Notes under the pieces: model-generated
What the model was told of the DNA's origin: nothing
Databases searched by the model: none
The model's input: only the letters and a program-made list of their open reading frames with translations
Shown: positions 42,776 to 52,100 of the stretch, one piece after another
Numbering within the stretch: position 1 is the first letter of the stretch
Layout: each line of letters opens with the position of its first letter
From: an uncultured Gammaproteobacteria bacterium
GTDB taxonomy: Bacteria > Patescibacteriota > Patescibacteriia > PEXW01
DNA length: 64,000 nt
NCBI GenBank assembly: GCA_964486505.1
Contig: CAZAMC010000003.1
Span: 19,505 to 83,504 of the forward strand
Direction: 5' to 3'
Position numbers and translations under genes: made by a program

Positions 42776-43195
42776 TTACTTCACCAGACGCTTTACTTTT
42801 GCCACAACTTCCGAGGGCATGAAGTGGGCTTTAATAAGGTAGTCGGTAGCGCCTAGTGCAAAACCCTTCTGCACGTCTTCCTTCTGGCCCAGGTTAGTGA
42901 GGAGTACCACTGTGGTGGCCTTTGTCTGAGGGTCTGCCTTTACTTCTTTCAAAACATCGAAGCCACTCTTCTTGGGTAAGACGACGTCCAGTAGCATGAG
43001 CTGGGGCTGCTCCCGTTTGGCAAGAACCAGCGCTTGTTCGCCGTCACTCGCGAGCACAACACGAAAGCCCTCGAGCTCGAGCTTTGTTACGTACATACCG
43101 GCCAAAAAGGTATCATCCTCAACGAGGAGAATTGTGCGCTTGCGGCTCTTTTCGGCCGGGCGCGAGGCGCCATTCTTCTTCAGTGCTTGGGGCAT
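42776..43195 (-). CDS. Single-domain response regulator
   Basis: EDD, LLDVVLP, LTN, IK. Confidence 0.9.
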   Translation of the reverse strand: MPQALKKNGASRPAEKSRKRTILLVEDDTFLAGMYVTKLELEGFRVVLASDGEQALVLAKREQPQLMLLDVVLPKKSGFDVLKEVKADPQTKATTVVLLTNLGQKEDVQKGFALGATDYLIKAHFMPSEVVAKVKRLVK

Positions 43196-43207
43196 AAGGT
43201 GGGATTA

Positions 43208-44971
43208 TTACTCTTGCGTAGCGCGCAAAACTTCTTCAACGGTGGTCATCCCCAACGTGGCCTTCACAAAACCATCTTGCTGCATGGTGATGACGCCCTG
43301 CCGCTTCGCTTCGGCTTTAATGTCGGCGAGCTTCGAACCGCTGGTGATGATTTGCTGGAGCTGATCGGTAACCTCAATGACCTCGGCCACGACCAAGCGG
43401 CCTTTGTACCCGCTGTTCCCGCAGCGCGTGCAGCCTTTCCCGTGCATGAACTGCATCTTATTTTCTAGAGAGAAGTCCTTCGGGAGCGCTTGAACTGGGG
43501 CGGTGCGGAGCGAATCTATAACTTCTTGCTGTGTGGATTTCGGAATCTCCTGTGGTTCTTTGCAGTACTCACAAATGCGGCGCACCAGACGTTGGGCAAT
43601 AATTGTAGAAAGTGAGGAGGCAATGAGGAACGGTTCCACTTTCATATCTATGAGGCGCGGAATGGCCCCAAAGGCATCGTTGGTGTGGAGGGTGGAGAAC
43701 ACCAAGTGACCAGTGAGGGCGGCGTTGACGGCGAGCTCCGCCGTCTCGGTATCGCGAATTTCACCAACCATGACCACGTCGGGGTCTTGGCGCAGGATAG
43801 AACGCAGGCCGTTGGCAAAGGTGAGCCCGACTTCCGGGTTAATCTGGCTCTGGTTCACGCCTTCCATGTGGTACTCCACCGGATCTTCCAGGGTGACGAT
43901 GTTAATGTCTTCCGTGTTAATCATGCCCAGCAGCGTGTACAGCGTGGTCGACTTACCCGAGCCAGTGGGGCCCGTGCTGAGCACCATGCCCTGGGTGGAA
44001 TCGAGCGACTTCACCAGAACCTCTTTTTCGCGGGCAATGAAGCCCAGGTCGTCCAGATTCAGCTTCTTGGCCGATGAGTCAAGAATACGCATGACGACCT
44101 TCTCATTGTTCATGAGCGGCAAGGTGGAAACGCGTAGGTCAATGGACTTGCCGTCAACTTCGGTGTGGAAGCGTCCGTCTTGCGGCAGACGAGTTTCATC
44201 CAGCTTGAGGTTAGAGATGACCTTAATGCGCGCTACGATAGCGGCGTGCACGTACGGCGGAAGCTTAATGGAAGTATGAAGGATGCCATCAACACGGTAG
44301 CGGACGCGCGAGCCTTCGGCCGTTGGCTCAACGTGGATATCGGAGGCGCTGCCTTCAATGGCGTGGCGCAGAATAACCGCCACCATTTTCGAGACCGGCG
44401 CCGTCTTAATGACTTCCTCAATGCCCTTATCGGCTAAGCTAATCTCATCAAGGGGGCTCGTGGTTGGCTTCTCCGTGGGGGTGGCGGCTTCCAGCGCTTC
44501 CTGCACTTCAGCGGTGAGACTGGCGTACTGTTTGAGTATGCTGGTGATGGCCGAGGCAGACGCAATGTGGTACTTGAGCACAAAGTTCCGGTTCCGAGCC
44601 AGGAACTCCACCGCTTCCAACGCCCGGAAGTTGGTCGGGTCAACCAGAGCTATGCTCAACTCGTGCCCATCCTTAGCAAAAGCGACGAGCTGGTAGTTCT
44701 TCGCGAGGTCCCGCGGAATAATGTTCAGGAGGTCGGGCGAAATGACGCGGCCTTGGAGATCGATGTACGGGATTTGAAATACCTCGGCGCGGGCTTGGGC
44801 GATACTGTCGTCACGGACATAGCCTTGTTTTTCAAGTATCTCAAGAACCGAGACATGCTTCGCCCGTGCTTCCCGCTGGGCAATATCCAACTGCTCACGC
44901 GAAATGGCTTTCTGTTCTAGCAGAACAGCCGCGATGTCGCGCAGGGGTGTTTGTTGCACAGCAGTGGTCAT
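43208..44971 (-). CDS. pilB: T4P assembly ATPase PilB (GspE family)
   Basis: GPTGSGKST, EDPVE, RQDPDVVMVGEIRD, GHLVFSTLHTN, tetra-Cys. Confidence 0.96.
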   Translation of the reverse strand: MTTAVQQTPLRDIAAVLLEQKAISREQLDIAQREARAKHVSVLEILEKQGYVRDDSIAQARAEVFQIPYIDLQGRVISPDLLNIIPRDLAKNYQLVAFAKDGHELSIALVDPTNFRALEAVEFLARNRNFVLKYHIASASAITSILKQYASLTAEVQEALEAATPTEKPTTSPLDEISLADKGIEEVIKTAPVSKMVAVILRHAIEGSASDIHVEPTAEGSRVRYRVDGILHTSIKLPPYVHAAIVARIKVISNLKLDETRLPQDGRFHTEVDGKSIDLRVSTLPLMNNEKVVMRILDSSAKKLNLDDLGFIAREKEVLVKSLDSTQGMVLSTGPTGSGKSTTLYTLLGMINTEDINIVTLEDPVEYHMEGVNQSQINPEVGLTFANGLRSILRQDPDVVMVGEIRDTETAELAVNAALTGHLVFSTLHTNDAFGAIPRLIDMKVEPFLIASSLSTIIAQRLVRRICEYCKEPQEIPKSTQQEVIDSLRTAPVQALPKDFSLENKMQFMHGKGCTRCGNSGYKGRLVVAEVIEVTDQLQQIITSGSKLADIKAEAKRQGVITMQQDGFVKATLGMTTVEEVLRATQE

Positions 44972-46152
44972 AGGGCGATGAAGGGGTTCGCCCGACCGGG
45001 TACGGATAAATCTTGAGTTGTCGATCGATTTCCCGCATTGTCAACAGCCACGACGGTGTAGTACGCCGTCGCGCCCGCCACGACTTCGGTATCTTCAAAG
45101 CACAAGGTTTTTGCGCATTCAGTGCCAGTCAATTGCGCTGCATCCTGAAGTTGAACCAGGTCTTTCACAAGCTTCGACGCTACTAAAGCGCCAAGATTCA
45201 TGGCCTGGTTCGAGCGGAAAATGCGGTACTCCACGACATCGGCAGACGAGGACGGCTCCCAGGTTACCCGCATGCGCGGCTGGGCGCTATTCGTTGTATC
45301 GAGGATCGCCCGCACTCCATCGGGCGGGTTCGGTGCGGTTGTGTCCGTTGCGAGCACGCTCACTGTGGCGGGCGTACCACTCCCCGTTGCGCCCACCCAG
45401 CGGAATGTGTAGAAGTGCAGTCCCGCCCGACCGCTCGCATCTTCAAACGTGCTGCCGTCGGTGCCCAACCGGGCTACCCGGGCCCCGAGGACCCCCACTT
45501 CTGCCGACCGGTACACTTCAACGTTCTCAAATTCGCCATTCGGTTTCCCATACTGCAGGGTCACACCATTGTCATCGGCGCGTGTGACACTCACCAATCC
45601 GCCCACCGAACCCGCCGCGGCAGACACCTGTGGCGACTCTTGGAGTATCGATTGTTGAATGTAAACTACTTCGTAGGTAATGCGCGTGCCTGTTGGCGCC
45701 TCACGGAAGACGTAGGTCGTTGACGGCACCGGTAAGGTTGCCAAATTCTTGCGTTCTTCACTCCCCACAATCTGGTTCACCCGCACGAGCGTCGCTCGAG
45801 TCTCGTCCGTTGGGCGTTCCCACGTGAGGAGCACGGCGCTCCCGGTTTGCATGTCAAACCCCTGCAGTGATTTTGGTGGGAGCAGCAGTTCCGATGGACG
45901 ACTTGCCGAGGCCTGCGTAATGAGGGCCGTCCCCTGCTTGGGCACAAGGCCGTAGAAACGGCTATCACTGAAGAGATCTTGTCCAAAATCAGTGGGTACG
46001 GTTTTCTTCGCTGGCGCTTGCGTAACCCCCACCGGCTCCGCCCCGCTGAAAAAATTCACGTACACAACGTACCCTGCTAGAAGTGCAAGGGCCACGCCGC
46101 CCCCAATGAGGAGGTAGCGAATGCGATTTGGGGCTTGTTTTTGGACGAGCAT
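44968..46152 (-). CDS. Membrane-anchored fibronectin type III-like repeat protein
   Basis: N-terminal TM; LTW, YRS, YYTVVAVDNAGNRS FN3 motifs. Confidence 0.75.
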   Translation of the reverse strand: MLVQKQAPNRIRYLLIGGGVALALLAGYVVYVNFFSGAEPVGVTQAPAKKTVPTDFGQDLFSDSRFYGLVPKQGTALITQASASRPSELLLPPKSLQGFDMQTGSAVLLTWERPTDETRATLVRVNQIVGSEERKNLATLPVPSTTYVFREAPTGTRITYEVVYIQQSILQESPQVSAAAGSVGGLVSVTRADDNGVTLQYGKPNGEFENVEVYRSAEVGVLGARVARLGTDGSTFEDASGRAGLHFYTFRWVGATGSGTPATVSVLATDTTAPNPPDGVRAILDTTNSAQPRMRVTWEPSSSADVVEYRIFRSNQAMNLGALVASKLVKDLVQLQDAAQLTGTECAKTLCFEDTEVVAGATAYYTVVAVDNAGNRSTTQDLSVPGRANPFIAL

Positions 46153-46155
46153 ACG

Positions 46156-46752
46156 TTACTGCTGGAGGTAGTAGCTACGGAAAGAAAAGCTGTACGACGT
46201 GGGGGTAGACCCGCTGGAAGGCGTGTGTGAAATTGCCGTGAGATCCAAGAGGGGGGCTTGCCGGGATACTACATCGAGGAAATTCTTTAATTGGGTATAG
46301 TTCAACTGACCACCCAGAATGACGGAGACGGTAAGGGTGTGAACATTGCTCGCCGTTGCTTGCTCGGCAGTTGAAGCGATAACCGCCCCATCGGCAACGG
46401 ATACCGAGAGGAGCTCCATGCTTGCCTCGCGGGCAAAGGCTTGCATTTGCCGGAAAATACCAGGCACATCTTTGCCCTTAGGCAACACCGCATCCAGGCG
46501 CGCGAGGTCATCGTTCGAGATGGTGCGGAGTTCAGCCCGAAGCGCCTGCAGATCTTTCAGGTATTCCTCTTGCACTTTCAGTGTCTCAAGCTTCTGGTTG
46601 TAATTCAGCCCACCTAATTCTTTCACGGTCCGGTACCGCGGCACAATAATGGTGTAGGCGCCAATGATGAGCACGAGCACGGCAACAACAGCGCCAACTG
46701 CCAAAATGTGGCGGAGGAGGAAGCGGGTAATGCTGGTGAGAGACAAGCGCAT
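46156..46752 (-). CDS. pilO: T4P alignment protein PilO
   Basis: TM, coiled coil, LP motif, ferredoxin-like domain; follows pilN. Confidence 0.75.
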   Translation of the reverse strand: MRLSLTSITRFLLRHILAVGAVVAVLVLIIGAYTIIVPRYRTVKELGGLNYNQKLETLKVQEEYLKDLQALRAELRTISNDDLARLDAVLPKGKDVPGIFRQMQAFAREASMELLSVSVADGAVIASTAEQATASNVHTLTVSVILGGQLNYTQLKNFLDVVSRQAPLLDLTAISHTPSSGSTPTSYSFSFRSYYLQQ

Positions 46753-46754
46753 GG

Positions 46755-48035
46755 TTAGCGGTAGAAAATCGTTGGTACGACGTGCATGGAAATAGAGAAC
46801 GTCACCAGCGGCTCAGCAGTTGGTGCAGTTTGGCCTGGAGGGGTAGCAGAGGGGGAACCGCCTGTAGACTGGGTGGATCGGGTAGCGGTGGAAATCGTTA
46901 CATCGGTAATGAAATCGGTGGCACGCTGGAACGTGAGCAGCTGGTCGCCCACATCATTAAAGGACTTCGCGGTGGCATTGAGGGTAACGGTACCGGAAAT
47001 GTCTACTGACATGCTGGAGTACGCCACATTCGGCAGGGTTACCGCTTCCAGCCGCTTGAAGAACTCGTCCCAGTAGACGTGCTGGCTCAGCAAGGTACGC
47101 ACATCATTTGCGCGTTGCTTCAAGACGAGCGCATCTTGGAGATCAACAGTTTCATATTCCCGAGCCGCGTGCAGGGCTTGCTGGTACTGTTCGTCAACAC
47201 GCTGCACTTTGTTCTCTAAGTTTCTTTGGTAGAAGTAAAGTCCCAAGCTCACCGCCGTCACGAGGAGGATTGCGCTCCCCACGGTGATGAGCGCAAAGAG
47301 GCGATTGCGAGGGGAAACTTCCGGCTGAAATTCTTCCGGGACCAAGTTGACATTTAATCCTTGCCCCAGGACGGGCGCGCCATTGGTCGCGGCCGGCGCC
47401 ACTTCCGGACGAGCTGGAGCAACAGATTTTCGTACCGGCTGGAATGCCGGTGGGGGTGGCGGTGCAGGTACGACGGGGACAGACGGGCGTTGCACCGGGG
47501 CCACCGGAGGCAGCGGTTTTACGGCCGGTGGAGGAGGCGGTGGCGGTGGGGCCCAAACTTGTCGTTTCGGTTCTGGTCTAACTGGCGCCGTCGGTGCCGG
47601 TGGGGGTGGAGGGGGAGGAACAGCGGCCCGGGGGGTTACGCCTGGTGCATCCGGCCGGGATGCAGAAGCTGCAGACTTTGAAAACAAGCGCGTGAAAAAG
47701 CTCGCGTCGGTTTCTGTCGGCCTGGGTTGCGTCGGTAACCGATCACTCATCGTCTCCAGGCGAGTGACTAGCCCAACGGGTGCGGCAGGATGGGGGATCT
47801 TCGGGGCAGGTGGCGGAGGTGGTGGCGCCGCAGGCTTCGCTTTGGCTGGCAACTTCGGGGCACGTTTAAAAATTCGCTTGAAGAATTCTAGCACTCCACC
47901 CACTCGAACAACGCGCTCCTGGAAGACCCGGTCATCCGGTTTGGTCATTTCCACAAGCTGCTCAGGCTGAGCGGGTTTATCACCGCGCTTCAGCTGCTTG
48001 TCTTTGGTCGGGAGTAAATTAATGTTGGATTCCAT
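46755..48035 (-). CDS. pilN: PilN with a long Pro-rich N-terminal region
   Basis: INLLP and VNLVP motifs, TM, PilN-type domain; follows pilM. Confidence 0.78.
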   Translation of the reverse strand: MESNINLLPTKDKQLKRGDKPAQPEQLVEMTKPDDRVFQERVVRVGGVLEFFKRIFKRAPKLPAKAKPAAPPPPPPAPKIPHPAAPVGLVTRLETMSDRLPTQPRPTETDASFFTRLFSKSAASASRPDAPGVTPRAAVPPPPPPPAPTAPVRPEPKRQVWAPPPPPPPPAVKPLPPVAPVQRPSVPVVPAPPPPPAFQPVRKSVAPARPEVAPAATNGAPVLGQGLNVNLVPEEFQPEVSPRNRLFALITVGSAILLVTAVSLGLYFYQRNLENKVQRVDEQYQQALHAAREYETVDLQDALVLKQRANDVRTLLSQHVYWDEFFKRLEAVTLPNVAYSSMSVDISGTVTLNATAKSFNDVGDQLLTFQRATDFITDVTISTATRSTQSTGGSPSATPPGQTAPTAEPLVTFSISMHVVPTIFYR

Positions 48036-48043
48036 ACCTGGGC

Positions 48044-49156
48044 CTACGCACTAAGTTGACGGAGACCAAGACCAACGGCCACGGCGAAACGCGGGCCAAT
48101 TTCATTCCATACCGGCTTCAGTTCCACGGGGTACGAAATACGGGCCCAGGGATCACCAATGTAGGTCCGGATGTTGAGGAGTTTTGTGAAGTACTCTGGC
48201 AAATTTGTGAGGAACGCCGACCCACCCGCGAGAATAATTTTATCAATGCTCCGGCCTGTGCCTTGGTTTTGGAACAGGTTCAGCACGTACCGAATTTCGT
48301 TGGTTATTGAATTCACCACGAATTCGATGGCTTTGGGGATGTTGCTATCTGCAGCACCCTGGGTGGAAATGAAGAAGTCCCGCTTGAATTGCTCGGCGCG
48401 ATCATTGCTCACGCGCAACGTACTGGCAATGGTCTTGGTAATTGTGTCGCCCCCAACATCAATAGAGCGCGTAAGCATGGGGATGCCCTCGCTGAACACC
48501 ACAATGTCAGTGGCCACCGCCCCAATGTCCACAATCATGATCGGTGCCCGATCGTGGCCAATGAGTGAACGCTCCAGGGCAAATGCTTCGGTTTCCAGGG
48601 CCACCAGCTGCAAATCAGCGGCTTTGAATATCTCCATGTACCGCTGGACTAGGTTCTTCGGCGCCGCGGTCAGCAACACTTTCATGTCCTTTGTAGCCGC
48701 CTTACTCTCATCCGCTTTCGGCTCGGGTGGCCGAGCAACGTTGGCACCGGCAACTTTTGCGGCCAGCGTGTCGTCCTTCAGCACCTCCCAGTCCAGAATC
48801 ATTTCATCCACAGGCATGGGGACGAACTTCTTCGCCTCCCACTTCACGGCGGACATCAGCTCCTTCTTGGACATCTGCGGCAGCGAGATGATTGAACTGA
48901 ATACCGTAAAGCTCGGCAGCGAGGTTACCGCTAGACGGGAAGTTGTCCGTGACGCTTTCACAACTTGCTTCAGCGCATCTACAATGGCTCGCATTTCGTC
49001 GGCCACGCTGTTCTTCAAGAGGTCGCTGCGCTTCTCGGCAAAACCATAGGTCACCAACGTTGGCCGCCCATTATCTGACCGTAATTCGACAGCCTTAATT
49101 GAAGAGCCGCCAATATCGACGCCGAGGAAACTTTGCTTTGAAGAAAAGAGGGGCAT
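48044..49156 (-). CDS. pilM: T4P assembly protein PilM
   Basis: GVDIGGSSIK, WEAKKFVP, VDIGA, LAGG, AVAVGLGLR. Confidence 0.95.
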   Translation of the reverse strand: MPLFSSKQSFLGVDIGGSSIKAVELRSDNGRPTLVTYGFAEKRSDLLKNSVADEMRAIVDALKQVVKASRTTSRLAVTSLPSFTVFSSIISLPQMSKKELMSAVKWEAKKFVPMPVDEMILDWEVLKDDTLAAKVAGANVARPPEPKADESKAATKDMKVLLTAAPKNLVQRYMEIFKAADLQLVALETEAFALERSLIGHDRAPIMIVDIGAVATDIVVFSEGIPMLTRSIDVGGDTITKTIASTLRVSNDRAEQFKRDFFISTQGAADSNIPKAIEFVVNSITNEIRYVLNLFQNQGTGRSIDKIILAGGSAFLTNLPEYFTKLLNIRTYIGDPWARISYPVELKPVWNEIGPRFAVAVGLGLRQLSA

Positions 49157-49163
49157 GGGGAAT

Positions 49164-52100
49164 TTATGGCAATTCTCGGGTAGGATTGGGCAGCGCTTTC
49201 GTTACATCCTCTAGGCCGGGGGGCGGATTCAGGAAGAGCCGCTGGTCAAACGTTACCTGCTCCGCCGGCTCGTCAATCGTGTCGAGTGCGCCCGTGCGGG
49301 TAAAGTTGAACTTCCGGGCAAAGAGGAGGCCTTCAATGGTAAGTGGATTGCACTTCTTATCGGTGCCCCCGCAGAAAGCGGCATCAGCATCGTTCCCAGT
49401 ATCAAAGGCGCCACCACACCCATCGAAGCCGTACTCAGAAGCGGTGCACGCTGCCGATGGAGTATCGGCATTGAGGTCAGGATCTTTTGACGAGTCCCGG
49501 CCGATAACAATGAAGGCGCCGGTAATGCGATTGACCTCTTTCGCAATGCTCACGTTCCCCCGCACTATGAATGCCGCCGCCATAGAATCCCGTATGGAAG
49601 CGGGGGTAACCGCTGCAAGGTCAAGGTCTTTGGTAGGATCTGAGGCAATGATATTATAATGAATTTTTAGATCACCGTCCACTACGAACGTGATGTTCCG
49701 CGGCAAGGTTTGGCCAACTGTATAGGGCATGCGCCACACCCAACGGATAGTAGTGCCTAAGGGGTGATCACTCGCGGTATAGGGGTTCCCGCTTATGGTT
49801 CGTACACCGGTTAACTGATTCCCACTCTTACCGGTGTAGCTCAAGTACTCTTCTTTCCCGCTGCCCGTGCCAAGAATTACGGTGCCAGACAAGGGGTACG
49901 TGGCACTTGGGGTTGGGAAATTGGCTGCTGAGGCCAGCGTGAGCGTGCCCCCAGCGCCATTAATCGCTGCCCGCTGCCCACTGACCGCCACCGTGAGCGT
50001 TGAGGCCGCAATATTGGCCTCATTCGGGTCGTGCCCAATGGTCAAGTCGCCTTGGATGTGCACAACTTGGTTCTCAATAGCATCCAACGGGATGTCCGGA
50101 GGCGAACCACCACCCCCTGGCGGGGTATACGCAAACTGACCCGCCAGCTCATTCACGGTCCAGTCCACGGGCGTTGTGCCATTCTTGGTGGTCACGAAGA
50201 TTTTTTGGCCAAAACGGTTTGTAGAACGTTGGTAATCTTTTGTACCCAGAATGTCATTGTATGGGGCGAGCCCCGTCACATCTTTCGTTAGACCACCAAC
50301 GTCAAGTTTGCCAAGAGCATTGCGGTAGGTGGCGGTTGAGGTCTGTACGGACGGGAAACCAAACGTGTTCGGCGCCGAAGCACTATCACGGCCAAAGAGC
50401 TCGGGCGCAGTAGTGCCCAGCGACCGCGAGCAATCGGTATAATTCCCGTCAAACCCACACGCGCTATCCCCGGCAAGCAAATTCTGGAGGAAATCTATGG
50501 AAGCCGAAGAACCTGGTGATACAGACTGGCCCGACGGGTGCGCCAGTGGTTGCAACGTGCCGTTGGTTTCAATGCGATAGGTACTCACGTAACACGCTTC
50601 ATCCCCGTCGCCGTCACCATCCAAGTCGCGGCCGCAGGACGTTAACCGTTCTCCGGTTAAGCGTTGGGCATCGGGCAATTGGAAATTCCCCGCATCGGCG
50701 CCGCCACCGTTGACGTAAATATTCCCGAAGAGCGTTTCTAACCAGGCATACCCCAAGAAGATGAGCGGGTTGAAACGAATCCACCCGTACTCCCCGCTCC
50801 ACGCCCAACCAGAAAGAAGGTAACCATTCCCCGAATAGTACGCATTCACGCCGTAGTCACCGCCTGCTGCGTATACAGGCGTTCCAATAGAGTAATTCCG
50901 AAGAATGTCATTCGTCACCAAATTCAGTACAGGTTCACCAAAAATATCGGTGCCGATGCTTGAGTAGTAGAAGTACTCTTCGCCGATAATGCCAATTTCA
51001 TTCTTCCCGGTAACGACTGGGTCGGGGAAGGTGCTTGCATCAACAACAGGGAGCTGCGAATTCCCTGAAGCATACGCTCGTCGCAGGGTTGAGGTCTTTG
51101 TGGAATCCCGCCAGTAGCCTTGGAAACGCACCCACCCGCCTTCGGCGTCTCGGCACCGGTACGTGCCGCCCCCAATGTCCTGGTAATTGCAGAGATTCAA
51201 GAAACGCCCCCAACCATTGAGCCGTTGGGACGTCTTGTCGTACTTTAACGTAGGGTCACTCGTCAACACGCTGTTGCGATATGCCTGTCCGGGTGGGTTG
51301 CCGTAGTTGTTGTCATCGGTCAGCGGATCGGCATCACCACAGTTGCCCACGGCCCCGCAGTCGTAGGCGCTATGCAGACGGTTGAAGCTTAAAAAACCAG
51401 CATTACTGGACCAGCCAAATCCGCTCGCGGCGTACGTCATGTCTGTTGGCGTGGGGGAAAAGTTAACAGTGGGCGGAGAATTAACCGGCGCCACCGCAAG
51501 ACTAGTGCCGTACGGTGAGCTCCCCGGTGGCGCGCACGCATCCGTGGACTTTGCATTCGCACAGTTCATTGAGAGCCAACCAAAGTTCGATGACCAGCCG
51601 TAGCCATACACGTTACCCCCCGAATTCGCAGTGAAGGCCAACGCTTGCGCACCCACCCGTTCCCACGCCACAGGTGGTAACCCGCTATTCAAGGTCACGG
51701 CTCCTGAAGTTACCGGTGGCATTATCGGCGAGTATGCCTGCCCCGTAACGCCAGTGCTATCATCAAAGACCGCAGTTGTAGACCAGGTATAGGATGCAGG
51801 GGGGACTTGGTCCTCTTTAAAAATTGCCAATCGGTTGGTGGATAAATCGCGCATGGCTAGGTATGCCGAGTTTCCATGGAAACCCACCACCGGTGCCGCG
51901 TACGTACTTGCCCCAATGTACGGAGAAGCGCCAAAGGTTGCGTGGGCTACGCTGTTTGCCTGCTGGCCAATGATAAGTGGAATAGACATCACGCGCACGT
52001 GGTTCTGGTGCGCTTGGTCCTGTGCGTACGTTGTGGATGTGTTGTCGTGCCCTCCTTCATACGCGATAACCAGCCGAGACGAATCGGTGCCGGTGGGCAG

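Noticed and set aside
47340-47970. GGT/GGC-rich repeats and a Gly-rich plus-strand ORF
   Set aside because: Reverse complement of PilN poly-Pro codons; not a tandem repeat or CRISPR array
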